Below are positions 54,601-61,113 of a stretch of 64,000 nucleotides of DNA, piece after piece; the stretch's first letter is position 1; each line of letters opens with the position of its first letter. Below the pieces are notes generated by a model. The model was not told the origin of the DNA. It worked only from the letters and a program-made list of their open reading frames with translations, and ran no database searches. The stretch comes from Magallana gigas. Its lineage: Eukaryota. The stretch spans positions 30,380,001-30,444,000 of the forward strand of contig NC_088861.1 in assembly GCF_963853765.1 (NCBI RefSeq). The letters run 5' to 3'. The position numbers were made by a program, and so were the translations under genes.

Positions 54601-57209
54601 TCATCCATGCAAGTTTGGAGAAGATAGGACAAGTAATAGCTTAGATACAGGACCTGCAACAAAAACTTTAACCAGGTCCGGACGCCGACGCCGACGCCGA
54701 CACCGACGCCGACGCAGACGCCGAGGGTATAGCATAAGCTCCCCCTGACTTCGTCTCGGTGAGCTAAAAATGATATTTTGTACATTCAATATAATAATTA
54801 AAATATGTTTCGTGTAATTTTTCACCTTTGATCTGCTTATTGTAATCTTTGACCTACTTTTTCTAATGTTTGACCTACTTGTTGAACTGGGCCAGTGTGT
54901 TGATGACGTCGATCAGCTGTCTGATTCTATTGCAGAAGCTGTCCATGTGTGACATTATGGCGTCCTCGTCCGCAATCGACACGCCATGCCCTGCTTCGTT
55001 AGTCATCAGAGAAGAGATCCCCTTCTTGGGCGACACAGAGGGTCCTGATCTGGAGGCATTGCTAGGCTTGGATCTGATTAAAAATGCAGAGAGTAATTTT
55101 TGGTAATGCTTCAAGTTTTAAAATTAAAATCCTTATATGAATTCCATTATAATAAACAAAACTCCAAAACCTTGAGTTTTTTTATCACCATATACTTTCG
55201 TGTACCAAATTATCCCCCTCTCTTCCCCACCCCTCCCCAAGTAAATGCAATTTAAAATCTTTAAGATCACCCTTATTATTCAGAAAGTCGTCAGCATTTG
55301 TCACCAATAATGATTTTTAAAAGAACACAATTATACAGTAATTAATACACCACCTTTTTTCATAACCTGAGCAAGTACATTTGTATTAACTATTCATTCA
55401 CTTTTCTTAGGCACAAAGCTTAGAAAGTCACCATGCATTGTTCTCCATATATCTATCAGCAAGTAAAACTTGAGTCACTTCATACACTTTTACGAAACAC
55501 CTATGGAGCATAAAAATTTCCTAACAGAACCACACAGAGCGTGGACCCACCTGGTGGTGAAGCTGCCTGGTCCCCCCACACTGCTGAGGGAGGGGAAGTG
55601 GGACATGTTGGTGGTCTGTCCCAGGGAGTCCCTCAGTGACCGGAGCGTCTCACGGTAGTACCCCTGCAGGGTGAGGCAGGCCTTCAGTCGACCATACAGG
55701 CTGTCATCCTGTAGTCCTAGATCCTTCCCTTCCTTCGTCTTCCCTCGGGTCAGGGCTCCTTGTTGCTGGAAGATCAAAATTTGTCAACCTCATCATTATG
55801 TGTTGTTTTAATAGCTTTTTTCAAACAAAGAATTTACATTCAGGTGTAATTTTTGTCATTGAAAGTCTTAGAGACAAGTCCTTTATATCTCTATGCATCA
55901 TGCATTCAATAGATTTTTTTAAACAGAGAATTCATGCCAATGATTTAAAAATTCTGGTATTATCTTTGTCATTATAAACTTAATGTTCAAGCTAAAATTG
56001 GCTAAGATTAATGTATTATTTCTTTAACATGAATTTTGAATCTTTTACCTTAATTTTGGCCTCCACTTGGTTTCTGAGCAGTCTCTGCTGGGGGTCTACA
56101 ACAGGAAGTGAATCTCTGTTCCGAATTTCCTCCTTGATTCTTACCCACAATTCATCACCATCGTAAGCCGTGATGGTGCAGTTCTTGATATACTCCTTGC
56201 ATGCCAGCACCAGTTGGTTTGTGATCTTGGTAAACACGATACCCAGAAATCCGGTTCTGGCGTAGTATCGGGAAATGGAGTCCATCTGGCGCACGCTATT
56301 GACGATGCCGGGAATGGCATTGTTGATGATGGATGCCGGTGTTGCATCCTGGTATAGCTGATCAAAATGGCGTCTCAGAGATTCCAAGTACTTAACCTTG
56401 TCTTTGGTGTCATTCATTGCATCAGTGATTCTGAGAAGAAAAAAAATCAGACATAAATTTTAGCTTACCCTGTACATAAACAATAAAAAACCAGATATGA
56501 CTTATTGAAAAAACATTTTTGCTTATCCATCAAAATTTAAATTCAGAACGATGTCTATGAAAATATAGAAGCATTAACAACATCATTCTGATTTAGTTAA
56601 GTAACTATAAAAATTGTGAAAATGCATTTAACTATAATGTTGAAACTAACTAACGGCAGTTAACTAGCTTTCTGTAAATAGTAACCATGACATTAACTAT
56701 GCATTCAAGAAGCTATGAAAGTTTAATACTATGAATAGACATGTAGTAACTGGTATGACATCAACTACCTACAGTGACTAATTAAGAAATATGAGTTGAG
56801 CTAAGACAATTTGCCAAATCTGAGTAGACTCAATCCATCATTAGGATTTTTGACTTACTGAGCATCCACATTCTTCCACTTTTTCAGCAGTCTGGACTTG
56901 GCCGTGATCAGTACACCAATCACTGCCTTGCATTCTTTACTTTTGAGCTGTTCTGTAATGGAGGTCAGTAGTCGTTGACGACGGCGCCATCTCTCCAGCT
57001 CGGACAGGGGACCAGCATTGGGGTCCATAAATCTATTGAAGTAATTAAAAAATCGTTTAAGACACAATTTATTGTTTTAGAAATATAATCAATTTTTTAT
57101 TACTTAGCAAGTCAATAAAATGAAAGTGAATTTTTGGAAAATGAAAATTATTTCCATAACTCTAAAATTTCAATTCAAAATATCTGTATTTGGAACACCA
57201 ACTTCTTCC

Positions 57210-57295
<86 letters not shown>

Positions 57296-60200
57296 TTCTT
57301 TCTCTCATGTAAATTTCTACAAAATGCTACAGTTTACAAACTACATTTCTCTACAAATCACTAAATGTCCATTGTATATGGAAGCGCAATAAATCTAACC
57401 CTACAATTCACTTTGAAGACAATTTAAATTTGTATGCACATTATGGCACAAATATAAAATATTTTGAAATACAAACTTTGAACATACTCCTTAAATAATA
57501 TTGCAAGGTACTTTCTCTTGGCTCAATTAACTCCACATAATGAAAAACAAAATTCATAACATTGTCTTATTAGCTAAGCTTAATCAAGCCTTATTATTAA
57601 GGTGACTTTATTAAAAATATTAAAAACCATATACACAAAATCTTTGCTCATTGTTTGAACTTTTTAATTTCAAACTGAATAAGGTTAAAATTGAGGGCTT
57701 TGCTTGATGTGCTTCAACATTTCATCTAAATGCCAAGTGCACCATTTTGAACATGATTATCTTGGTTAGAGAGATTGTTTGGGGAGGGGGTCTCAGAAAA
57801 TAGGTTTTGAAAAAATTGAAAACAAATTTTCTCTTCTTTAAGAATTTTAAAGAAATTCGGAACTCTAATTAAATACACCAAGGCAATTCATTATTTGTTT
57901 TTTCTTTTAAAAAAGCTACGTAATCTATATACAGTAACATAAATTAAAAAACAAATTAAAATTATAATATATACATATTCATAAACTAAAAAATTAAATT
58001 TAGTAAAATACAGATGTTTTAACTCTGGAGAAATGCACACTTCCAATGGAACGACTACTTTGTCAAAAAAAGACAAAAAATAATAAATTAAAATAATATT
58101 TTCTATATAAAATTAACTTGTAAAACAATACAAAAATATTATATTTTGATGTAATTAAACACAGGTATGCGGTGACCTAATGAAACAACCAACATCAGTG
58201 TGTAGGGTATGTATCAAAAGCTAAAATTAATTCACTTCCAGTTAGTCAGACATCATCATCAACAACGACACATTACCTTGGGTCAGACATTCTGAAAGGT
58301 CAAGGTCATAAGCTGTCTACAAGGATTTACACATCATAACTTATTAATCTTTTATCTTATAATTTTCCATTTTTATATCTACATGTCATATCATACAAAG
58401 TTTGTGAAAGGAAAAAAAGCTGCAGGGTTGAATTTCTATGAAGTGAACTTGTGTTGTAATTCAAGAATACTAATTGCGTTTTCAAAAAAAAAAAATCTTT
58501 CGCATTTTATATACATGTACATTGTAGTTGTCGATATTTATCATTAATTTGAAGCTTGTTAACTGTGGTTAGTGCATCATGTCAACAATGTTACACATAT
58601 TTAAACTTAGTTGTTGGTTGAATTTTTCTCTTTTTATTAAGAAATTAACTGCAAACATATTTCACCAAACACTGGACACCTTAACACATGTAAACACTTC
58701 CTTTTTTTAAAGTATCAAAGCCATACTGAGTTAATTGTTTCCATGAAATCAATTATTTACTCAAGATAAATTAAGCTACAGTAGTTAAATACATAAAACA
58801 AAAAAAAATTACAAAACTAGGAGTTTATCTACTGTCAATTAAAGTCAGCATTTTCTTTTTATCAAATTAACTTTTCAAAACACTGCATTAAACAAATTCT
58901 CTAGATTTGATTATTTCACCTATATGTAGGGGGCTCTTCAGGAAAAACAACTCTCCTAAAAAAGTGCAAGAAATTCAAATGCATATATAAGAAAATGAAA
59001 TGATAGATAGTGAAAAATATTGTAAATTGATTACATGTATTTTCCACTCTCAACAGACACCTTAGTAACATTTAAGTTGATCGAAAATAACTTAAATATC
59101 AAGGCATTAAAAGCCGTAGGATTCATGACCAGATTCTGAAAGGGGAAATCAGTTGTATGATTTCAATCACATGATTTATGCTAGCTGGATAAGGACCAAT
59201 GAAGACATATATATACATGCAAATATATTAACTCAGGAAAACATTATTCCACAAAATTCAAACAAGAAATATATTTGGAAACAGATATGCCGTGGTTACA
59301 ATAAATGGCATTATTAATTTCAAATTTCTGACAATGGGATAATTAAGGGAATGAAGGAATGTCAAACAGTACATGTATTATGCAAAAGGGTGGTGAAACT
59401 TTGTAAGAGTTGATAGGAAATAGTTTGTAGGTAAAAATGAGGTCCCGGGGTACCTTTCATCTGAGGTGTCGTTGAGCATGGTCTCGATGGTGTTGATCCA
59501 GTCCGTCACCAGCTCCTCATACTGACCGATCAGCTGAGCATCAAGAGCGGCCGCTCGATGCTGCTTGAAGTCGTTCAGGACAATGTTCTCTGGTTGCTTC
59601 AGCATCTGCCATTGATTAAAGGAAATACAAATTTAGAATACTGGCTTTTGATGTAAAGAAAAGCATGCCATTGGGCATTGGTGATCATATATTTAATATG
59701 TTAGGTGAAAATCAACCTTCCTTTGCAAAAATTACCACAGTTCTGCAAAAATTGCCATTGAAATGATATTGAACTATTAAAGTTACTGTTTATAACAGCT
59801 AGAGTTAATCGTGATAATTTCAAGAGACAAAGTTCCCTCTGTAAGTGTTTAAAAATCAAGGATGCCTGATGTACATATAAATTATGCTGCTTTTTATTAC
59901 ACTGTCAGATGTATCCAGACCCCTATTGAGCAGAAAAAGGTATTTGCACAGGCTTTCAAAACTTCTATTATCCAGTCGATATCTTCCCAATTCAAATGTT
60001 TGAGTGCACTCATAAGCGCCTGTTGAACAGGCCTCGATCTAGTGAAACATCATATAACGAAGAGTTTATCTAAATCAGTGGATAAAACAGCTATACCAAT
60101 AAATACTTTAAAATTGCCAAGGTCTGTATATGTAATAGCTGTTTGTCTAAAAACCAAACTTGTTTATTAGATTAAAGTAATCATTTGAAACTTTTAAAAA

Positions 60201-60853
60201 GTTTGCTTCCAGCCAAAGCTAGGTCCACAAACTGCAATGGGCTGCATGCTATTGTATGGGTCTTATTCATTGATTTATATAAAGACACCTAGATTCAGAG
60301 ATACACCTCAGATGGGTGGTTTACTAACCAGTTGCTTGGAGTGGTGCATGGAGGCCGTGGACTCATTGAGAGCCGTCAGGAACTTGTCCATGCTGTGACT
60401 CAGGTTAGTCTGGCCCTCCATGTTACACTCCCCCCACTCCTTCTGGGCCTTGATCAGGGGGTTGTACACGTCAGACAGGAGGGTGACCAGCGTCTCGATC
60501 GTATTATGCTTGAGTTCCCCACAGAAAATGTCTCTCTCGTACCTGACCGTATCCACATCTTTATCTACTCTGTTTCGCAAGAAGTACAGAATGTTCACTT
60601 TATCTAAATCTGCATCTTTCAGTGCAGCTAGCGTCCCCATGACATTGAGCTCCCGTGTGGATAACTCGCCGCTATCTGCTTTTGCACATGAGAAAAACAA
60701 CCTGCACGGACCACCTGCTTTCAAAAAGCGGTTGATTTTGTTCAATGTGGTCTCCTCGGTCATAAAATCTTCCAACAACGTTGGGTTGTCATATCCGCCG
60801 ATCTTAAATGTTTCCTGGATTTTGCCAGCAATCCACCAATGTCTTTCATCCAT
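3918..60853 (-). CDS. Divergent axonemal dynein heavy chain, DNAH5/DNAH8 (outer-arm gamma)-like; multi-exon gene continuing off the left edge
   Basis: About 62 exons join in frame with GT-AG sites. Tail GPLSELERW...ITDAMNDTKDKVKYL resembles DNAH5 GPRAELEHW...ITDATNEAKDNVKYL. Linker KRRAFPRFYFVSD, four AAA modules and the stalk occur in the expected order. Exact orthology is not resolved. Confidence 0.93.
4487..4567 (-). CDS. Dynein HC exon (MTBD)
   Basis: VESYL...DHAQ; phase 1-1. Confidence 0.85.
4682..4819 (-). CDS. Dynein HC exon (MTBD)
   Basis: KKDGSD...QWKAMQQTMSDTPKFVDML...DDVLR; phase 1-1. Confidence 0.88.
6030..6316. repeat. Tandem duplication, ~100-115 bp unit, about 3 copies
   Basis: Repeats of atcttttctatgattcaaaacttgtat...attatattgaaagtttaacatttctcaac. 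Confidence 0.85.
6677..6721 (-). CDS. Candidate mini-exon in MTBD insert
   Basis: ctttctccgcag|(D)RKKSARSSAGTAPQ(G)|GTATTA; 45 nt; second in-frame donor GTAATC would end the exon at 6668. Confidence 0.6.
7905..8130 (-). CDS. Dynein HC exon (MTBD start)
   Basis: VIIWKGK...GNPPTLVGQVMEMVMILIG...GVKK; phase 0-1. Confidence 0.88.
8301..8697 (-). CDS. Dynein HC exon (stalk CC1)
   Basis: RVLHTLDQT...ESEDEEEEE...EYARQQ; donor GTTGGT; phase 2-0. Confidence 0.88.
8923..9063 (-). CDS. Dynein HC exon (pre-stalk)
   Basis: LQHRSD...YVGPTTFRRFM...DQL(K); phase 2-2. Confidence 0.92.
9305..9511 (-). CDS. Dynein HC exon (AAA4S, with insert)
   Basis: EKVTSCL...QERI(K); phase 2-2. Confidence 0.9.
9834..9962 (-). 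CDS. Dynein HC exon (AAA4)
   Basis: QYPGMLSGCAINWMCDWPQEAL...ENL(S); phase 2-2. Confidence 0.93.
10021..10062. repeat. (CT)n microsatellite
   Basis: Seen directly. Confidence 0.95.
10101..10240 (-). CDS. Dynein HC exon (AAA4)
   Basis: AIGPAMK...NLHIVMCL...LSA(S); phase 0-2. Confidence 0.92.
10451..10558 (-). CDS. Dynein HC exon (AAA4)
   Basis: ARDLEDP...SGEYPHLF...GLLQ; phase 0-0. Confidence 0.93.
10815..11001 (-). CDS. Dynein HC exon (AAA4 degenerate P-loop)
   Basis: GNMLLIGAVGSHLST...LLFT; phase 2-0. Confidence 0.92.
11288..11454 (-). CDS. Dynein HC exon (AAA4 entry)
   Basis: VTLQPIE...YNEEF...VIRMHRVLSFHH(G); phase 0-2. Confidence 0.92.
11858..11965 (-). CDS. Dynein HC exon
   Basis: TWPNLKE...KHIK; phase 0-0. 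Confidence 0.87.
12237..12395 (-). CDS. Dynein HC exon (AAA3S)
   Basis: CVKKLP...LWRHEMHRIIRDRL...IIEQ; phase 0-0. Confidence 0.93.
12702..12872 (-). CDS. Dynein HC exon (AAA3S)
   Basis: VNMTDG...HYLFTLKDITTCFQ; phase 0-0. Confidence 0.92.
13135..13209 (-). CDS. Dynein HC exon (AAA3)
   Basis: RHFAVFNLP...GILD; phase 0-0. Confidence 0.92.
13469..13618 (-). CDS. Dynein HC exon (AAA3)
   Basis: LLRQLLDD...SDRLL; phase 0-0. Confidence 0.9.
13896..13996 (-). CDS. Dynein HC exon (AAA3 Walker B)
   Basis: FVYGAK...VFIDDVNLP...CNE; phase 1-0. Confidence 0.94.
14347..14445 (-). CDS. Dynein HC exon (AAA3)
   Basis: PQAAVW...YHRQ; phase 1-1. Confidence 0.9.
14688..14811 (-). CDS. Dynein HC exon (AAA3 Walker A)
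   Basis: IRTRNL...VLLVGANGSGKT...MERL; phase 0-1. Confidence 0.94.
14926..14995 (-). CDS. Dynein HC exon
   Basis: LPEAVY...VPSVDT; phase 2-0. Confidence 0.9.
15174..15254 (-). CDS. Dynein HC exon
   Basis: LPDDDRDICVFDYYVDESGEWDPWTS; phase 2-2. Confidence 0.93.
15668..15871 (-). CDS. Dynein HC exon (AAA2S)
   Basis: PRLSLS...LIWTFGGLL...LSN(A); phase 2-2. Confidence 0.93.
16156..16220 (-). CDS. Dynein HC exon (AAA2S)
   Basis: VLQRAF...NEA(R); phase 0-2. Confidence 0.88.
16787..16840 (-). CDS. Candidate 54-nt mini-exon
   Basis: tatcag|RKPETDTYEPEPIKTVEG|GTAAAA; an alternative in-frame acceptor lies 6 nt upstream. Confidence 0.45.
17546..17575 (-). CDS. Candidate 30-nt micro-exon
   Basis: ttccctatccag|EEMAHQLLVS|GTGAGT; phase 0-0. 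Confidence 0.5.
18202..18228 (-). CDS. Candidate 27-nt micro-exon
   Basis: cttttccttcag|NVPHHKFTR|GTAAGA; phase 0-0. Confidence 0.5.
18733..18738 (-). CDS. Candidate 6-nt micro-exon (EQ)
   Basis: ctaat...ttttttgattggctctctag|GAGCAG|GTAAGG. Confidence 0.4.
19125..19211 (-). CDS. Dynein HC exon (AAA2)
   Basis: GIVYIDKDVLGW...QEIH; phase 0-0. Confidence 0.92.
19672..19767. repeat. 20-bp minisatellite abutting a donor site
   Basis: ggtaaacattggaaactt(g/a)a, about 4.5 copies. Confidence 0.85.
19770..19877 (-). CDS. Dynein HC exon (AAA2, Arg finger for AAA1)
   Basis: VLHLKNGDK...FETDNLSNASPASVSRS; phase 0-0. Confidence 0.93.
20257..20430. repeat. ~18-24-bp minisatellite abutting a donor site
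   Basis: Variants of gacacagatttgaccttt. Confidence 0.85.
20442..20528 (-). CDS. Dynein HC exon (AAA2)
   Basis: NQSTTWLCLDGP...NGDK; phase 0-0. Confidence 0.92.
20755..20986. mobile_element. Probable fragment of a non-autonomous repeat (HINE-like 3' end)
   Basis: aaaactgtaggaggaga...gccgccagccc...aataaccagatatttcctttggaaaacccattaaaaa resembles mollusc dispersed repeats as I recall them; boundaries are approximate. Confidence 0.4.
21055..21320 (-). CDS. Dynein HC exon (AAA2 Walker A)
   Basis: VIVAGPPGSGKS...WVDGIF...KANR; phase 1-0. Confidence 0.95.
21800..22007 (-). CDS. Dynein HC exon (AAA1S/AAA2)
   Basis: NMKIFKHILNDIFAG...SKVHH; phase 0-1. Confidence 0.92.
22473..22621 (-). CDS. Dynein HC exon (AAA1S)
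   Basis: ASSGIK...EHALVAQTIKEIIGPRFTDQ; phase 1-0. Confidence 0.88.
25041..25067 (-). CDS. Candidate 27-nt micro-exon
   Basis: tttattaccacag|(V)QQYFASFN(G)|GTAAGA; phase 1-1. Confidence 0.4.
25314..25523. mobile_element. TA-flanked MITE
   Basis: Imperfect terminal inverted repeats CTGTATACA...TTCGCCC and GGGCGAA...TGTATACAG; TA on both sides. Confidence 0.75.
26378..26574 (-). CDS. Dynein HC exon (AAA1 small domain)
   Basis: PPECHHHFSVATLVGVL...QQSVT; phase 2-1. Confidence 0.9.
26966..27192 (-). CDS. Dynein HC exon (AAA1 sensor I)
   Basis: ISIKK...TYNKETAPPG...LFRMVSLVKPD...ARDE(L); phase 0-2. Confidence 0.92.
27570..27707 (-). CDS. Dynein HC exon (AAA1 Walker B)
   Basis: DGCWCCFDEVQSL...DGQE; phase 0-0. 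Confidence 0.93.
28105..28400 (-). CDS. Dynein HC exon (AAA1 Walker A)
   Basis: ...YIYGNEFYG...LTPVTERCF...GPVGVGKTETVKGLA...; phase 1-0. Confidence 0.95.
29542..29580 (-). CDS. Candidate micro-exon
   Basis: ttttcacag|SPGKQNTRTSLC|GTAAAC; 39 nt, phase 1-1. Confidence 0.55.
30631..30702 (-). CDS. Candidate cassette exon
   Basis: ttaattag|NDENVDTESVDIKTEASLSDLSI|GTAAGA; 72 nt, phase 1-1. Confidence 0.55.
31223..31334 (-). CDS. Dynein HC exon (linker end)
   Basis: QSLYLRDI...DFEWRRCIRCYFHPV; phase 0-1. Confidence 0.92.
31497..31622 (-). CDS. Dynein HC exon (linker)
   Basis: NTLKKYQ...LESMIA; phase 0-0. Confidence 0.9.
31892..31993 (-). CDS. Dynein HC exon (linker)
   Basis: YPAQVCRIG...KALQQ; phase 0-0. 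Confidence 0.92.
32396..32530 (-). CDS. Dynein HC exon (linker)
   Basis: VCLNEGVEVWL...EWAYK; phase 0-0. Confidence 0.92.
33027..33158 (-). CDS. Dynein HC exon (linker)
   Basis: SVNPSAM...SSSDGEMIFLHEK; phase 0-0. Confidence 0.87.
33872..33946 (-). CDS. Candidate cassette exon (linker insert)
   Basis: ttgccag|QEKEALKKRLRSKISGLRGANCSQF|GTAAGA; 75 nt, NAGNAG acceptor. Confidence 0.55.
34270..34344 (-). CDS. Candidate cassette exon (linker insert)
   Basis: tataag|DDPKSKQKAEEEGPLDKHKFPKSQK|GTACCT; 75 nt, phase 0-0. Confidence 0.5.
34388..34433. repeat. (AG)n microsatellite
   Basis: Seen directly. Confidence 0.95.
35175..35333 (-). CDS. Candidate cassette exon (linker insert)
   Basis: tttgctag|TPEPGRRTST...SPSLLG|GTAAGT; 159 nt, open in phase 0, GC-rich. 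Confidence 0.7.
36477..36672 (-). CDS. Dynein HC exon (linker, insert start)
   Basis: SIFSAIYDVKLEE...LTEIY; phase 2-0. Confidence 0.88.
37135..37334 (-). CDS. Dynein HC exon (DHC_N2)
   Basis: CCTGDE...KRRAFPRFYFVSD...RPHL(K); phase 0-2. Confidence 0.94.
37648..38104 (-). CDS. Dynein HC exon (DHC_N2)
   Basis: HKADIEEIC...WQYLEAVF...MRGVLQ; phase 2-0. Confidence 0.94.
38234..38343 (-). CDS. Dynein HC exon (DHC_N2)
   Basis: EIRNRHW...DIGLI(K); phase 0-2. Confidence 0.92.
39588..39719 (-). CDS. Dynein HC exon (DHC_N2)
   Basis: VEGYWDECLALPSKLKDWDAY...KLNSK; phase 0-0. Confidence 0.92.
39937..40420 (-). CDS. Dynein HC exon (tail/neck)
   Basis: EFELRLPRNEVEEVDQLRDKW...AAFVE; phase 2-0. Confidence 0.93.
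40659..40834 (-). CDS. Dynein HC exon (tail)
   Basis: KKLDSAVLY...MYEKL(R); phase 0-2. Confidence 0.9.
41141..41433 (-). CDS. Dynein HC exon (tail)
   Basis: LESTVNKHL...LHEEAK; phase 1-0. Confidence 0.92.
42298..42402 (-). CDS. Dynein HC exon (tail)
   Basis: IDWLSLYG...AAIVQ; phase 1-1. Confidence 0.87.
42598..42766. mobile_element. MITE, Tc1/mariner-pogo type
   Basis: Terminal inverted repeats CAGTAAAACATGCTTATAACGAA and its complement match 21/23; TA on both sides. Confidence 0.85.
43033..43145 (-). CDS. Dynein HC exon (tail)
   Basis: FDVEVGFNIPNITLQPSLD...ESTR; phase 2-1. Confidence 0.9.
43519..43804 (-). CDS. Dynein HC exon (tail)
   Basis: HYKDEVYDAV...EVTYL(Q); phase 1-2. Confidence 0.87.
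44129..44240 (-). CDS. Dynein HC exon (tail)
   Basis: SEHHGKSKK...VAELI; phase 0-1. Confidence 0.85.
45435..45557 (-). CDS. Candidate cassette exon (Pro/Arg-rich)
   Basis: ttttcag|EYDLTSAQG...PALMPNM|GTCACT; 123 nt, GC-rich, frame-preserving, weak donor. Confidence 0.55.
45632..45925. repeat. 21-bp minisatellite with a 63-bp higher-order unit
   Basis: catatggatatcac plus 7 variable nt, about 13 copies. Confidence 0.9.
46624..46749 (-). CDS. Dynein HC exon (tail)
   Basis: PPEEFREVML...TLALRK; phase 0-0. Confidence 0.87.
47013..47167 (-). CDS. Dynein HC exon (tail)
   Basis: AFLHQIHS...FARTW; phase 1-0. Confidence 0.9.
47355..47614 (-). CDS. Dynein HC exon (tail)
   Basis: VLELIHEAKWL...LAWNSMNI; phase 2-1. 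Confidence 0.92.
47944..48248 (-). CDS. Dynein HC exon (DHC_N1)
   Basis: NNPQLVRNAPPVAGAIHWSRQL...VNADE(R); phase 0-2. Confidence 0.93.
48457..48577 (-). CDS. Dynein HC exon (tail)
   Basis: FTPVQNRSG...IYEAHK; phase 2-0. Confidence 0.87.
48605..48648. repeat. (CAT)n microsatellite
   Basis: Seen directly, one interruption. Confidence 0.9.
48737..48873 (-). CDS. Dynein HC exon (tail)
   Basis: DKDRFEDYYTNF...DIIT(R); phase 0-2. Confidence 0.87.
50489..50622 (-). CDS. Dynein HC exon (tail)
   Basis: RYFPEDEEEEGP...LDVESK; phase 1-0. Confidence 0.85.
50988..51230 (-). CDS. Dynein HC exon (acidic insert)
   Basis: EYEDENGDDG...ELSVL; phase 1-1. Confidence 0.8.
51644..51759 (-). CDS. Dynein HC exon (tail, acidic insert start)
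   Basis: LATSTIGVPKPRKEDLVIDDEDSDEY...ASK; donor GTGAGT; phase 2-1. Confidence 0.8.
52230..53190. repeat. AT-rich palindromic minisatellite / low-complexity tract
   Basis: Many variants of atattgtatcat and atgatacaatat; perfect 24-bp palindrome at 52569-52592. Confidence 0.88.
53396..54680. repeat. ~177-bp tandem satellite array
   Basis: Unit anchor ccagcatc at 53396, 53554, 53823, 54000, 54177 (tcagcatc), 54354 and 54531; exact 177-bp period from 53823 to 54531. Confidence 0.92.
54879..55073 (-). CDS. Dynein HC exon (tail)
   Basis: SKPSNASRSG...IRQLIDVINTLAQFN(K); phase 2-2. Confidence 0.88.
55551..55765 (-). CDS. Dynein HC exon (tail)
   Basis: QQGALTRG...GPGSFTT(R); phase 0-2. Confidence 0.87.
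56049..56430 (-). CDS. Dynein HC exon (DHC_N1)
   Basis: ITDAMNDTKDKVKYLE...QVEAKIK; phase 2-0. Confidence 0.92.
56859..57032 (-). CDS. Dynein HC exon (DHC_N1)
   Basis: FMDPNAGPLSELERWRRRQ...KWKNVDA(Q); phase 2-2. Confidence 0.93.
57214..57305. repeat. (CT)n microsatellite
   Basis: Seen directly. Confidence 0.95.
59454..59605 (-). CDS. Dynein HC exon (tail)
   Basis: MLKQPENIV...NDTSDE(R); AG/GT, phase 0-2. Confidence 0.88.
60329..60853 (-). CDS. Dynein HC exon 1 (start codon)
   Basis: MDERHWWIAGKIQETF...SMHHSKQL; donor GTTAGT; phase 0. Confidence 0.85.
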
Positions 60854-60951
60854 TTTCTATCTTTTATGAGCTACTTTTCACTATTTAAGAAGTTCATAAC
60901 TTTTGTAGAACGCGGTGCTATCGAATGAACGCCGCCATACTGATTGTTGTT

Positions 60952-60965
60952 GGTTACGAGTAACC
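60952..60965. promoter_or_regulatory. RFX X-box-like palindrome upstream of the dynein ATG
   Basis: GGTTAC-GA-GTAACC fits GTNRC(N)RGYAAC and lies about 100 bp from the ATG. RFX regulation of ciliary genes is established. Confidence 0.55.
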
Positions 60966-61106
60966 CGGATGAAGCACCTTGCAAAAATCGGCGTTTATGG
61001 CATGCTTCGTTTTCAGTATGTGGCATGGAGGGGTCGTCTCAAAACCTATTATCTACATTCGACGGTTACAATTTAGCGATGCCGAGAAAAAATGTAGTTT
61101 TACAGG

Positions 61107-61113
61107 TGTTTAT
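61107..61113. promoter_or_regulatory. Possible forkhead (FoxJ1-type) site
   Basis: TGTTTAT about 150 bp from the X-box; a short motif that is common in AT-rich DNA. Confidence 0.2.

Larger units (their letters stand above)
52089..54770 (+). mobile_element. Non-autonomous Helentron/HINE-like composite element
   Basis: The right end has (GACGCC)7 at 54681-54722 followed by agctc...gtctcggtgagctaaaaa. A 12/13 inverted match to that end lies at 52089-52101. Internal tandem arrays are present. The left boundary is uncertain. Confidence 0.6.

Noticed and set aside
53396-54680. CRISPR-like array
   Set aside because: Whole 177-bp units repeat without unique spacers, and the context is eukaryotic. 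The same applies to the 19.7, 20.3 and 45.7 kb arrays.
54579-54825. Arg-rich and GV-repeat ORFs
   Set aside because: These are translations of the (GACGCC)n tract at the element end.
3918-60853. Dynein gene as a pseudogene
   Set aside because: All core exons join in frame with canonical splice sites and no internal stops.
3924-60869. Plus-strand ORFs overlapping exons (e.g. 3924-4154, 7868-8194, 9220-9690, 60420-60869)
   Set aside because: They are antisense shadows of GC-richer dynein exons with no recognisable protein features.
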